The notes: a model not told the origin generated them from the letters alone. A DNA stretch of 64,000 nt from Candidatus Cloacimonadales bacterium (GCA_963662585.1 OY759729.1:1952001-2016000), one strand, 5' to 3'; shown: positions 19,013-29,412, counted from the stretch's first letter. Made by a program: numbers and translations.

Positions 19013-22000
19013 ATGTGTTTTAAGAAGATATATATAATTCTTCTTCTTATAGCCATTTCAACTCTACCTCTATATTCTCAAGCTGGAACTACTAATGGTA
19101 GTGAGAGTACAGACTTAGATGAGATGAAAAGAGCTATTGAGAATCAGAGAATTACTCAAGTAAATGAATTAACATCGCAGAATAAACTAGCTGAGATTGA
19201 CAGTTTGTTCTCCTCAGATGAAGAAGCATATTTTACTCTCGTTAAAGAGAATGATGTCCAATATGCAAGCTTTATCAGAGAGATGATGTTCAAAGCTTAT
19301 AGAAATGTTTCTAGTTTGCAAGATGATCTATTATTCATAGATTGTAAAAAAGCAATCTATGCCAAAGATTGGGATATGACATCTTTAAAGGCAAATGATT
19401 TGATCAGGAGATATCCTAATAGTAATAGAAAAGATATCACTATTAGATATTGGAAGCTAGCTTTATTTAAATCTGGTAAAGATCAAGAATTTGTAAATTT
19501 GGTAGAGCAATATCCAGAATTTGATAGTGCGTCTCAAAAATTCCAATATGGACAGTCATTATATAATATTGGTAGAATTGATGATTCTCAAAAATATATG
19601 GAGGAAGCGACTACTGATAGTAATTATGCTCTTCGAGCTACTGCTACACTTGGTTTAATAGCCTTAGCAAAAGGAAATGACGAAGAAGCTGCTTTAATCT
19701 TTGACTTCTTAGAACAGAATTTTACCGTAGATACTCCATACTATGACTTTGTCCTTCTTTCCAAAGCAAGATTATTCTCTCACTTTGGAGTTCCTGAAAC
19801 CGCAATCACATATTATCAAGCATATTCTCAAATGAATGACGATGCAATAGATGAAGTAACTTACGAAATAGCCTTAACTCATAGAAAAGCTGGAAATTTA
19901 GAAAAAGCTAAAAGATATTTTGAATATCTCTTAGGTTCTAAGTTTGCAGATGAATATTATGTTCAAACTCTTTATAACTTAGTGCTTATTGACCAAGAAA
20001 CTAATGAAGGGCAATCAGCTAGCCAGCTAATGGCTGATTACCAATCTCGCGTAGATGACTATTTTGATAACCTACTGCAAAATAGAAATCTTATGAATGA
20101 AGTTAAAACCTTAAGAAACAACTTCTTAATGGAGAATGATGATTCAAGAAAAAATATTCTTTTAGAACAAATCAGGGCTAAAGAAGAACAAATATTAGTT
20201 AATCAAGCTAATTTAGAAGAAAAAATATCTTTCTTAGATCCAAAGAGTGTTCAGTTAATCAAAAGCCTTGAATTAAGCTTTATTGAAAGAACTGAAGCCT
20301 ATTTTGTAGAATTAGACTTAATAGATAAATATCGCAATAGACCAAAAGATCAACTTATTGCTATTACTGATAGAGATAGAAATAGTAAAGAAGAAGTGTA
20401 TCTTTTAGATATCACTGGAGATTTACTTGAAGATATTCCTAATGTTAACGATGATCAGTTTTTAAGAGCTTATTGGTATGCAAATCAAATTTACTTAAAA
20501 AAGAAATACATCGTAAACTTATCAAGTTTTGTTGAAAAAACAAAATCTAACCCACAAAAGAATGCTGAGTTAAGAAAGCTATTAAATGATGAGCAAGAAA
20601 ATCTCGATGAAATTCAAGTAAAAGCTAAATTTGATCTTGCTGAATTTCCTAATTTAGAAGAAAAACAAGAATTAGCTGAACAAAAAGTTGAAGAGTTCTT
20701 AGCTCAAGAAAATAAGTTAGAGAAACAGAGACAAAAAGTTATCGATACTTACTATGAAGTTGTTGCTGATAAAAATCAAAAAAGAGTAGTTGATAAATTC
20801 AAAGATTTAGATAAAAATATTAGTGTTTATGCTAATTCTTTTAGTAAGTTTAACAATATAAAGAATGATCAACAACTTTATGTTGATTATATTGCTCTTG
20901 ATTTAGAATTTAGAAAAGTTAGAGATAGTTATAATTCAAGAAAGAATCAGTTAGATGAAGAAGGAAATGCTCTTTCTGAAGCTGAATTAAATACCTTTAC
21001 AGAACAACAAGAAAATTTGTATAGAAGAATCAATAATTTTGTTTTCCGTAATAATAATTTTGAATATAATTATCAGTTATATTTCAATTTGGCTGAAATT
21101 TCTAACTTTATATATAGTAATAATTATACTTTGATTTACAATCATTACCAAAAAGTTCTAGAATTAAACCCTGACTTCCCTCAAAAAGATGTTGTTCAAT
21201 ACAATCTTGCCTACTATAAAAATAGAATCCTAGATTTAGAAATAGCTAGCTTAAGAGAAGAGAAGATGAAAGACAGGAATTATTTCTATAATCCAAGACC
21301 TATTGAAGTTATAAAGACTACAGAAAGATACAGTGAAGTGATTAAGAATTACCTTGATTTAGGTAAAAATATGAACAGCAAATATCAAGTTGAATCACTA
21401 CTTCGTTTGGCTGAATTATATTATGATATTGCTGTTGATGCTGAAGATACAGAAAAGTATATACAATATTCAATAAAGTTATATAATCAAATCTATGTTC
21501 TTGGTAACCAAGATGAAAAATATGAAGCTCTTTTCCAAAGAGCATGGCACAAAATGGCTATCAATAAATACTTTGAAGCAATAAATGATTTAGAACTGCT
21601 ACTTTCTAACAAAGATATCTTCAATGAGGATCAAAGAGATAAATATCGCAATGCAGATGAAATTATTGCTTATTCTTTGGATGCTATTGATAATCTAGAT
21701 GGACAAGAGATTAAATCTTACGATTTTGTGGCAAATTCGCTCTATCAGAAATTTGATGAAGAGACTGCTAACACTGTTTTCCATAAGGTTCTAAATAAAA
21801 AGAGAACTACTGATGATTACGAAGTTATTATTAAGCTTTATGATGCTCAAACAAAGATAGACCCTTATAAGATAACTAATCCTCTCTATAGTGATTCAAT
21901 AATTGTTACTTTAAGTTATTATGGCGTAGAGCTAGGAGATTCTTTATCTATCAGAGGTGAAAGAGAATATCGCAAAGCTGTAGAAAAATATGGTTATGGT

Positions 22001-25000
22001 TCAGATTGGTATGAATATAATAAAAACCAAGATTTAGCTCCTTATGTTAAAGTTGTACAAACTGGTTTAGATGATTTCATTATGCCAGATTTATACTCTG
22101 AAATACAAAGTAATCCAACATTAGAGAACATAAATAGATTCTCTGAAGCTACAGAAAGGTATGCTAGTTATGTAGGATTTGACGAAGAAAAAAGAGTTGA
22201 AAGGTTAAAGCTATATGATACTAACCGGATTAGTACTATAGATAAATATGTACGATTAAACCCTGATACTACTTCCTATAGTATGGGTATTAATGAAATT
22301 TATGGATTTATTGAGAGAAATCCTAATACTGAAAAAAGAAGAGATTTAGAACAGAATGCCTATAATTGGGCTTCTAATATTATCGTAATCACTGATACTA
22401 CTTCTTTCGATTCCTTACAATATACAGAAGAAGATATTGAAAATCTCAAGAATGAAAGAAGAACTAATTATATAAACATAGCTAATAGGTATTATAACTA
22501 CCTGGTAGAGTCTGATATCCCTAACAAAGATGATACAATACATAGTTTGCTCTTTTATAGGGGTTTGACAAAATATAAAATGGGTGATAATGAGGGAGCT
22601 AAAGAAGACTTCTTAGCTTGTGACGATCTAAATATTTCAGATGAATTTAAAGAAGTAATTTTTAGAAACCTCGCAGAAATATATAAAGCAAATGGTAACC
22701 TTGATACCTCCATTGAATATTATGCTAAAGCCCAAGAGTTCGTGGATGCAGAGATGAAGTTAGAATATGAAAAAGAGATTTATAGTGCTAGAACAATTAA
22801 GTATAATAAATTATATATTTCAGAAAATCAAGAAGATAAGATTAAGGCTGCCCAAGAAACAGATATAATGTTGAAGTCTAATATCATAAGTGACCAAGAG
22901 AAGGAAGCACTTCGCAAAAACGCTATCGCTCTTTATGCTGCTGGTGGAGATTATGACACTGCAATCGCTAGATTGATTGAAGAGGGTGATAAGAAAACAG
23001 GAATTGATGACGCTTGGAAAAATTATAGTGCTGCTTTTGCAATCGCTGACTCATTAGGAAATACTGCGAAAGCTTCCGAAATAGAAGATATTTTTATGAC
23101 TAGATTCCCAAATGATTCTCAGACATTTAAAATCTTACTTACCAGACTAGATGCGGTTCAAGATTCAACAAAATCTACTTATAATCCAATCCTAGCTTCA
23201 GAAAAGCTGATTGAAATTTACGAGAGAGCAACAAAACCTGGCGATAAATTAGATATATCTTCTCTTAATAAAACACCAGAAGATTACTACTTTCAAGCAA
23301 TTATAATTAAAACATCAGTTCTCTCTAAGGAAGAACAGGTTAAAGAATGGATAGCTTTTAATAATAAATTCCCTGATTATGAAAGAATTGCCATTTTAGG
23401 AACTATATGTCAGCTCTATGAAGAACTTGGTATGGATGAAGAGTATTTGGATTACATCAAGATTCTCTATGCAACAGATAATACTAACTATAGATATCCT
23501 AAATATGCTATTGATAATTTAATGAAAATTGATGAAAACATTGTTAAAGCTTACCGAAAGAAGAATTGGGCATCAATGCTATCTTACATTGAAGAATATA
23601 AAGCTACTGCTCAAGTATTCACTAATAATGGTATTCCTGCAGAAAGTATTGCTATACCTACATCACTGACTAGATATGACAACTTTACTAATGATTATGA
23701 AAGAGAACAAGAGAAAAAAGCTCTTCTTGCTGAGCTTGATAAAAAGTTCAATTCTTTCATGGAGTTCATAACTGTTCCAGCAGATGCAGATGATAGGATT
23801 AAAGTTAATTCAGCTACTACCTGGAATGGTAATCTTTACGGAGAAAATAAGAGAATAAATAATTTTGATAAGTTAGCTAATAAACAATTTGAGCTAATAG
23901 ATAGTGATGTTGAGAAGGTTAATAATAGCGACTTGCTTAATGCAGATGAGATAAGAGATCAAGTTTACTTATTAGATTTTGCAAAATTTAAAATAGCTCA
24001 ATATTCTGGAGATTTGATTTTTAAACAAATTACCAAATATTTAGATATGCCGGAAGGTCAATATAATGCTTATCAGAATACAATTTATGCTAGAGAAGAT
24101 TTAAGTTTTGAGGAACAAGATGACATCTTAAATAAATATGCTTATGATATTAAAGCTACTAGGGAAAATTATGTTTTTAACTATGACACTATTAGTATCG
24201 GTTATGCAAAAGTTATTTATGAAGCATATATAAATGGTAAAACTACTCCTCAACCTCGTAGTGATGAGGTTATGACTTTCTTAGCCAAGGTTGGAGCTTC
24301 AGAGGCTGTGGCAAAAGATGAAAAAAATGTTGCTTTTGATTCGTCTTGGAGAAGAGATTTCTCAGCTATTACTGAAAGGGTAATCAATGATGGATTCAGA
24401 GACTTCATGGTCTATTCAATACCTGGTGGTGATTCATTAATTTTAGAGACAACTATAAATTGTCCTATATCACCACTTGAAGCAAGAATTAGATTCGTTG
24501 ATGAAGGACAATTTTTCTTAAACAAAGATATCGATATGAAGATTAAAATTAATGATAAAGAGTTAAATTATCAAGATACATATATGGTTGATGGCGTTAT
24601 TGATGATAGTTTGTCTATATTCCCTTATTTATATAGGGGCTTAGTAAATGATAACAACCTATTATCATTAAACTACCAGAAGGGTAATAATAAACTTTCA
24701 ATAACAGTTGTGAATAAGTCTTATGCTAATACTAATATTGGTTTCAATTTTGCAGTTATTTATGACCAAGAGAAATTGTTTATTCATAATAACTCTATAA
24801 TGGTTTCAGTTGTTACTGATAATACCTGGTTGGGAGCTGATTCTCTTCAAGTATTAGATATTACAGATCCTAATTGGAATGCTGTAAGTTATGGTAATAT
24901 TAAAGAGGATTATTATCAATTAGATGCCTTCAAAAATTCAATGGCTATTCCAGTTTGGTATGAGAATCTTGAAACTGTTACTAATGACATTGCTGAGTTA

Positions 25001-25438
25001 ACTGACTCCTTAACTAATGTTCTTGCTGAAGTAACTCTTGATAGTTTAAATTTGAGTGATAGTCTAAAAATCACAGTTAATGAGTTTGGTGATACTTTAT
25101 TTGCAGTAAATGAAGATTCTATAACTGTTGTAGAAAATGAACCTATTGATGAACCTGTAGTGAAATATTTCATAAAAGAATTTGATATTTCAGGTAAGGT
25201 TATTGAAAGTATGTTGTATTTCTTAGCAGATGAATCAGCAAACATATTCCTTAATGGAGAGCAAATAGGTTATGATGAGTATTACTATTTTGCTCCACCA
25301 GATGCCCCTTATCTTGATATTAGTCCTGACTATTTTGTTCAAGGTAAAAATGTTTTAATTTTCGAAGTCTTAAGTCCAACCAAGAAAAATGGCTTGCTTA
25401 TTGACTTACAAGTAAGAACTTTGAATGAGAGGAGATAG
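19013..25438 (+). CDS. Giant (2141 aa) secreted TPR/coiled-coil protein with C-terminal beta-sandwich domains (GltD/GltE/GltI-like position)
   Basis: Signal peptide; TPR-like helices (FQYGQSLYNIG, YFNLAEI, LLRLAELYY, ALFQRAW, LFYRGLTKY); coiled coils; C-terminal YFIKEFDI..ADESANIFLNG. Confidence 0.75.
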   Translation: MCFKKIYIILLLIAISTLPLYSQAGTTNGSESTDLDEMKRAIENQRITQVNELTSQNKLAEIDSLFSSDEEAYFTLVKENDVQYASFIREMMFKAYRNVSSLQDDLLFIDCKKAIYAKDWDMTSLKANDLIRRYPNSNRKDITIRYWKLALFKSGKDQEFVNLVEQYPEFDSASQKFQYGQSLYNIGRIDDSQKYMEEATTDSNYALRATATLGLIALAKGNDEEAALIFDFLEQNFTVDTPYYDFVLLSKARLFSHFGVPETAITYYQAYSQMNDDAIDEVTYEIALTHRKAGNLEKAKRYFEYLLGSKFADEYYVQTLYNLVLIDQETNEGQSASQLMADYQSRVDDYFDNLLQNRNLMNEVKTLRNNFLMENDDSRKNILLEQIRAKEEQILVNQANLEEKISFLDPKSVQLIKSLELSFIERTEAYFVELDLIDKYRNRPKDQLIAITDRDRNSKEEVYLLDITGDLLEDIPNVNDDQFLRAYWYANQIYLKKKYIVNLSSFVEKTKSNPQKNAELRKLLNDEQENLDEIQVKAKFDLAEFPNLEEKQELAEQKVEEFLAQENKLEKQRQKVIDTYYEVVADKNQKRVVDKFKDLDKNISVYANSFSKFNNIKNDQQLYVDYIALDLEFRKVRDSYNSRKNQLDEEGNALSEAELNTFTEQQENLYRRINNFVFRNNNFEYNYQLYFNLAEISNFIYSNNYTLIYNHYQKVLELNPDFPQKDVVQYNLAYYKNRILDLEIASLREEKMKDRNYFYNPRPIEVIKTTERYSEVIKNYLDLGKNMNSKYQVESLLRLAELYYDIAVDAEDTEKYIQYSIKLYNQIYVLGNQDEKYEALFQRAWHKMAINKYFEAINDLELLLSNKDIFNEDQRDKYRNADEIIAYSLDAIDNLDGQEIKSYDFVANSLYQKFDEETANTVFHKVLNKKRTTDDYEVIIKLYDAQTKIDPYKITNPLYSDSIIVTLSYYGVELGDSLSIRGEREYRKAVEKYGYGSDWYEYNKNQDLAPYVKVVQTGLDDFIMPDLYSEIQSNPTLENINRFSEATERYASYVGFDEEKRVERLKLYDTNRISTIDKYVRLNPDTTSYSMGINEIYGFIERNPNTEKRRDLEQNAYNWASNIIVITDTTSFDSLQYTEEDIENLKNERRTNYINIANRYYNYLVESDIPNKDDTIHSLLFYRGLTKYKMGDNEGAKEDFLACDDLNISDEFKEVIFRNLAEIYKANGNLDTSIEYYAKAQEFVDAEMKLEYEKEIYSARTIKYNKLYISENQEDKIKAAQETDIMLKSNIISDQEKEALRKNAIALYAAGGDYDTAIARLIEEGDKKTGIDDAWKNYSAAFAIADSLGNTAKASEIEDIFMTRFPNDSQTFKILLTRLDAVQDSTKSTYNPILASEKLIEIYERATKPGDKLDISSLNKTPEDYYFQAIIIKTSVLSKEEQVKEWIAFNNKFPDYERIAILGTICQLYEELGMDEEYLDYIKILYATDNTNYRYPKYAIDNLMKIDENIVKAYRKKNWASMLSYIEEYKATAQVFTNNGIPAESIAIPTSLTRYDNFTNDYEREQEKKALLAELDKKFNSFMEFITVPADADDRIKVNSATTWNGNLYGENKRINNFDKLANKQFELIDSDVEKVNNSDLLNADEIRDQVYLLDFAKFKIAQYSGDLIFKQITKYLDMPEGQYNAYQNTIYAREDLSFEEQDDILNKYAYDIKATRENYVFNYDTISIGYAKVIYEAYINGKTTPQPRSDEVMTFLAKVGASEAVAKDEKNVAFDSSWRRDFSAITERVINDGFRDFMVYSIPGGDSLILETTINCPISPLEARIRFVDEGQFFLNKDIDMKIKINDKELNYQDTYMVDGVIDDSLSIFPYLYRGLVNDNNLLSLNYQKGNNKLSITVVNKSYANTNIGFNFAVIYDQEKLFIHNNSIMVSVVTDNTWLGADSLQVLDITDPNWNAVSYGNIKEDYYQLDAFKNSMAIPVWYENLETVTNDIAELTDSLTNVLAEVTLDSLNLSDSLKITVNEFGDTLFAVNEDSITVVENEPIDEPVVKYFIKEFDISGKVIESMLYFLADESANIFLNGEQIGYDEYYYFAPPDAPYLDISPDYFVQGKNVLIFEVLSPTKKNGLLIDLQVRTLNERR

Positions 25439-25439
25439 T

Positions 25440-25718
25440 ATGAAAAAGTTGTTGTTGATCCTTTTAATGATAGTTTTTTCTTCAATTAATCTTTGCTATT
25501 CACAAGATAATCAAGATAATGAAGATTATCAAATATATGAAAGCAATGAAGAAATTGAATATATTACTGATGAAATTGTTATGCAACAGGTCCAAAGATT
25601 TGGATCTGGCTTACCTGAAAATGAAATTACCAGAAGTCGAATAAGCACCGATGAAGAGTTTATTTTTAAAACCTACATTATGGAAAAGCTACTTAAATCA
25701 AATAGAATTTTATATTAA
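25440..25718 (+). CDS. Small secreted acidic protein, GltF/CglF-like by size and position
   Basis: RBS GAGGAG; MKKLLLILL signal peptide; ~92 aa; lies between the TPR gene and TolQ. Confidence 0.5.
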   Translation: MKKLLLILLMIVFSSINLCYSQDNQDNEDYQIYESNEEIEYITDEIVMQQVQRFGSGLPENEITRSRISTDEEFIFKTYIMEKLLKSNRILY

Positions 25719-25734
25719 TAAATTAGGAGATTGT

Positions 25735-26559
25735 ATGAAAAAGAATGTATTATTAGTTATCTTGCTTTTAATTGTTAGTTTTGGGTTTTTATATTCCCAA
25801 GGGAATGATGCAAATGCTAATGCAGCAGGACAAAATGTTGTTGCACAGGATAATGTAGATCAACCAACAGAAGCTTCAGAAACTGAAGAAGATGGAGATT
25901 GGATCTCAAAATTAGGACCAACAAACCTTATAAGAGTTTTTAAAGAATCAGGTGTATTTGCTTGGGTGATTTTAGGAGTATTCTTAGTATCTGTTTTTTA
26001 TGCTATAATTCGTTTTTATCAATTAATGGTTAAAGAAAAGATTGATAGTAACAAATTTCATCTTAAAATTAAAGGTTTAGTAAAATCAGGAAGCATTAAA
26101 GAAGCTATATCTGCAGCTGAATTAGTTCAAAGAACTACAATGGGGCAGATATACAGAATAGGTCTCTTAGCTTATAGAGACGCTAAAAATTCTGGTAAAA
26201 CTGGTGATAGTTTAAAGGAAGAAGTTCAAAACGCATTTAATGAAGCTTCTTACCAAACAATTCCTGAAATCGATAGAGGACTTCATTGGTTTGACCTTTT
26301 AGCACAATCTTCAACTTACCTTGGACTTCTTGGTACAATCATGGGTCTTATTGCTGCTTTCTCTGGTATTTCAGATACTACTGTTCTTATGGGTGGTATT
26401 AAGCAAGCTATGGGTACTACTGCTCTTGGTCTTATTGGTGCGATTTTTATTCAATTTATTAAAGGTGGATTAAGTAGTAGAGCTGAAAAAATCATTAATG
26501 ATTTAGATGCAAATAGTGTCAAAATAATGAATGTGATTAATAACCAAACACAGGACTAA
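25735..26559 (+). CDS. MotA/TolQ/ExbB proton channel protein (AglR-like)
   Basis: RBS AGGAG before MKKNV; STYLGLLGTIMGLIAAF and GIKQAMGTTALGL. Confidence 0.92.
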   Translation: MKKNVLLVILLLIVSFGFLYSQGNDANANAAGQNVVAQDNVDQPTEASETEEDGDWISKLGPTNLIRVFKESGVFAWVILGVFLVSVFYAIIRFYQLMVKEKIDSNKFHLKIKGLVKSGSIKEAISAAELVQRTTMGQIYRIGLLAYRDAKNSGKTGDSLKEEVQNAFNEASYQTIPEIDRGLHWFDLLAQSSTYLGLLGTIMGLIAAFSGISDTTVLMGGIKQAMGTTALGLIGAIFIQFIKGGLSSRAEKIINDLDANSVKIMNVINNQTQD

Positions 26560-26563
26560 TATC

Positions 26564-27139
26564 ATGAGAATGAATCCTGCTGTTGGAAAGAAAAACAAAA
26601 TTTACAGTCCTTCACAGGGGAGAAATGCAAGAAAAGATTCTGGTCATCAAGAAGTAGATTTAGTACCAATTATGAATTTATTTGTTACTTTAATTCCTAT
26701 GCTTCTTAGTATGGTGGTGTTAGTTTCAATTGCCTATATTTCTTTAGACTTAACAGACCCTAATGCTTCTGGAGCTGGAGGTTCTTCTAAAGATAAGAAA
26801 GAAGAAAAAGCAAAAGAACCAAAGATTAAGAAATTGGAGTTAGTAATTAATGTAGATGAACAAGGCGAAGTTTTTGTCTTTAACAAAAACGGAGAATTGG
26901 ATACTAAACAAGATCCTATCTTAGCATCTAATTTCAATGAATTATCTAAAGCACTAGAAAGATATAGATCAGATATGCTAGAGGATAAATATGGTAACAC
27001 TTCACTATCTGAAGATGATGATAAATCGTTATCTATAATTATTGTCCCTAAGGATTATGTAAAATTTGGGGTTTTTGTAAAAACCATGGACCTGTGTAAA
27101 AAAATGAAATTTTCTGATATAATGATTGGTGAAATTTAA
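26564..27139 (+). CDS. ExbD/TolR family protein 1 (TM Asn variant)
   Basis: EVDLVPIMNLFVTLIPMLL TM segment; C-terminal IIIVPKDYVKFGVFVKTMD. Confidence 0.85.
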   Translation: MRMNPAVGKKNKIYSPSQGRNARKDSGHQEVDLVPIMNLFVTLIPMLLSMVVLVSIAYISLDLTDPNASGAGGSSKDKKEEKAKEPKIKKLELVINVDEQGEVFVFNKNGELDTKQDPILASNFNELSKALERYRSDMLEDKYGNTSLSEDDDKSLSIIIVPKDYVKFGVFVKTMDLCKKMKFSDIMIGEI

Positions 27140-27153
27140 TAAGGAAGTAAACT

Positions 27154-27750
27154 ATGAGCCGAGTAGCACGAAGAGTTAATAAAACGACGCAGATGAGTAT
27201 TACTTCTTTAATAGATATTTTGACTATTTTGCTATTATTCGTGATGGTGAATGTCTCCTCTGACCCAGATATGGTTCCGGAAGGCATTGAACTTCAAGAA
27301 GCCCTTTTTAACGAACAAATAGCTGAAAATAGTATAGTTATATCTCTTAATGTAAGCTATACGGGAAGAGATTCAGGGGTAATTACCTATCAAAGTGAAA
27401 ACTCACCTGAACAGATACCAATCGCACGATTGGAAGATATAAATAACACAACAAGTGAAATTATGACTGCTAAGACTTACGCATTGGATGCCACTCTTCA
27501 CTCGATTTTGGGTGATAATATTGGTGATCAGAAAATCGTGGTGAGAGTTAAAGCACACAGAAACACTCCATTTAAATATGTAAATACAATAAAGTCTATG
27601 TTAATTGACATCTGGAATGATCCAAAATCATTGGTATCCACTAGAGTAAAATCAAAAGAGTTTAAATTATATTTTGCTACTCATTTTGCCAAGAAAGAGT
27701 CAGATGATTATTATAGACTTCTTACCTCATATGGTTTAGGAGGTTTATAA
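27154..27750 (+). CDS. ExbD/TolR family protein 2 (canonical TM Asp)
   Basis: ITSLIDILTILLLF TM segment; VRVKAHRNTPFKYV. Confidence 0.85.
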   Translation: MSRVARRVNKTTQMSITSLIDILTILLLFVMVNVSSDPDMVPEGIELQEALFNEQIAENSIVISLNVSYTGRDSGVITYQSENSPEQIPIARLEDINNTTSEIMTAKTYALDATLHSILGDNIGDQKIVVRVKAHRNTPFKYVNTIKSMLIDIWNDPKSLVSTRVKSKEFKLYFATHFAKKESDDYYRLLTSYGLGGL

Positions 27751-29228
27751 TGAATAAAAGATTTATAGTTAGGTATTTATATCGTGGAAAGCAATTTACT
27801 GTTGCCTTCTCTGAAGGAACAACAAATAAACACTTTTTAATTGGGAAAAAAATAACGGTTGGTTCTGATCCATCTCTTTTGTGGCAGATATTTAACCCTT
27901 CTTTTCCACAAAAGCACGACTTAATAGTTAATGATAATGGTGAATACTATTTTAATTTATTAAAATCTTTCTCTATCCAGGTAAAAAAAGGAGATAAAGA
28001 GTTAGATTTAGTCGAATTAAAAAGTTTAGGATTGTTGAAAGATAATCGTCTTTATCTAAAAGAAGATTATAGTGGTAGTGTGATAATTGATGAAAATACT
28101 ACTATCGATTTTAAAGCAATTCCTAAGGAAGCCGCTCTAACAACAGAACAAAAGAAACTTGTAGCACTTTGGAATAGGTGGCCTCAAATTTCTACTCAGC
28201 AGAAAGTAACAAGATTTACCATTGCCTCTGTTATCTTATTTATCATTATTTTTGCTTCAATAGTAGGATGGACTTATACTCCACCAGTAGCAAAAAATAT
28301 TTTTGATAGAACGGAAGAAAGCATGATGGTAAGTATGCAAGTAGAAGATCCTATTAAAGCAACTTTTGAGGACAAAGGAGTATATACTGAACCTGAACCT
28401 GAAGAAGGTGCAGGTGAAGAAGAGGCTGAAGCAGAAGCTGCTAAGGCCGAACAAAAAGCTCAAGAAGCTGCTAAAAAGCAAGATATCCAGAAAAGAATTG
28501 CTCAAAGAAGAAAGGCTACACAAACTTCAACTACAGAGAGATATCAAGCTGCAGGTGCAGGTGGTGGAGCTAGTGGAGCTGGAGATCTTGTGGCTGTGAA
28601 GAATAGAGTTAGAGGTATTAAAGGTTCAGGAAATAGAAATTCATCTTTTAATGTTGATGTTGATACTGGTTCCGAATATGGAGAAATTGCCGCTTCCTTA
28701 AACAGAAAAAGCAATAATGCTTTAAATACCGCAGTTATGTCGGATAAGATGGGTATTAGTGCTAAAGATGCTAAAGGAAGAAGTATTGCTGGAGTTGGTA
28801 CAGGTGTTACAGGTGATTTAGAACAGATTGCTAGTAATATAGGTGGTGGAGAAGGTGTTAAAGCACTTGAAGCTACTGAAATTACTGGTGAGGAAGTAAC
28901 TCGTGGAACAATTGAACAGAAAAAGAGAGAGCGAAAAGATTTAACAAACTCTGAAAAAGAGACTCAAATTCGTGAATGGTTTATGGTAGCTTTCCTACCA
29001 AGGATTAATCAGGAGTTTGATAGATATAAACTTAGGAAAACTATTCGTGGAGAATTAAATATTAAGTTAATTTTCAAAAATGATAAGATTATTAAAGCTA
29101 TTATAAGGGGAAAAGGAAGTATAAATGATAAAGATTTTATAGCTAGAATTGAACCTCTATTTAATAATAAATCATTTCCAAATATTGGAGATTATCAGAT
29201 TGATATTAATAATCTAAGATTTGAATAA
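27750..29228 (+). CDS. GltG/PglI/AgmX-like protein: cytoplasmic FHA-like domain, single TM, charged/Gly-rich linker, TonB-C-like domain
   Basis: N-terminal KITVGSD..HDLIV..YYFNL..SGSVII; TM IASVILFIIIFASIVG; EPEPEE/AKAEQKA linker; C-terminal RGELNIKLIF..SINDKDFIARI..KSFP. Confidence 0.7.
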   Translation: MNKRFIVRYLYRGKQFTVAFSEGTTNKHFLIGKKITVGSDPSLLWQIFNPSFPQKHDLIVNDNGEYYFNLLKSFSIQVKKGDKELDLVELKSLGLLKDNRLYLKEDYSGSVIIDENTTIDFKAIPKEAALTTEQKKLVALWNRWPQISTQQKVTRFTIASVILFIIIFASIVGWTYTPPVAKNIFDRTEESMMVSMQVEDPIKATFEDKGVYTEPEPEEGAGEEEAEAEAAKAEQKAQEAAKKQDIQKRIAQRRKATQTSTTERYQAAGAGGGASGAGDLVAVKNRVRGIKGSGNRNSSFNVDVDTGSEYGEIAASLNRKSNNALNTAVMSDKMGISAKDAKGRSIAGVGTGVTGDLEQIASNIGGGEGVKALEATEITGEEVTRGTIEQKKRERKDLTNSEKETQIREWFMVAFLPRINQEFDRYKLRKTIRGELNIKLIFKNDKIIKAIIRGKGSINDKDFIARIEPLFNNKSFPNIGDYQIDINNLRFE

Positions 29229-29252
29229 TCCTAATAATCTAGTATAAAGATT

Positions 29253-29280
29253 AGAGTGAGACTTAGTCTCACTCTTTTTT
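29253..29280 (+). terminator. Rho-independent terminator closing the TolQR/TPR operon
   Basis: Perfect 10-bp stem AGAGTGAGAC-TTA-GTCTCACTCT followed by TTTTT. Confidence 0.9.
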
Positions 29281-29412
29281 CGTTATAGGGAATCTTATTT
29301 TAGGAAGTGAAATAGTAAAAAGTGAAAATTTCTACTAAATTTTATTTGACACCACACCAATAAATTAAATGCTGTTCATAAGAAATAAATATTATTGTAA
29401 TTAGGAGATAAA

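Noticed and set aside
25735..29228. Ordinary Tol-Pal or TonB-ExbBD uptake locus
   Set aside because: No tolB/pal or TonB-dependent receptor nearby. Two TolRs, a large cytoplasmic N-terminal domain on the TonB-like protein and TPR partners fit an Agl-Glt-type cluster better, though this is not excluded without a phylogeny.
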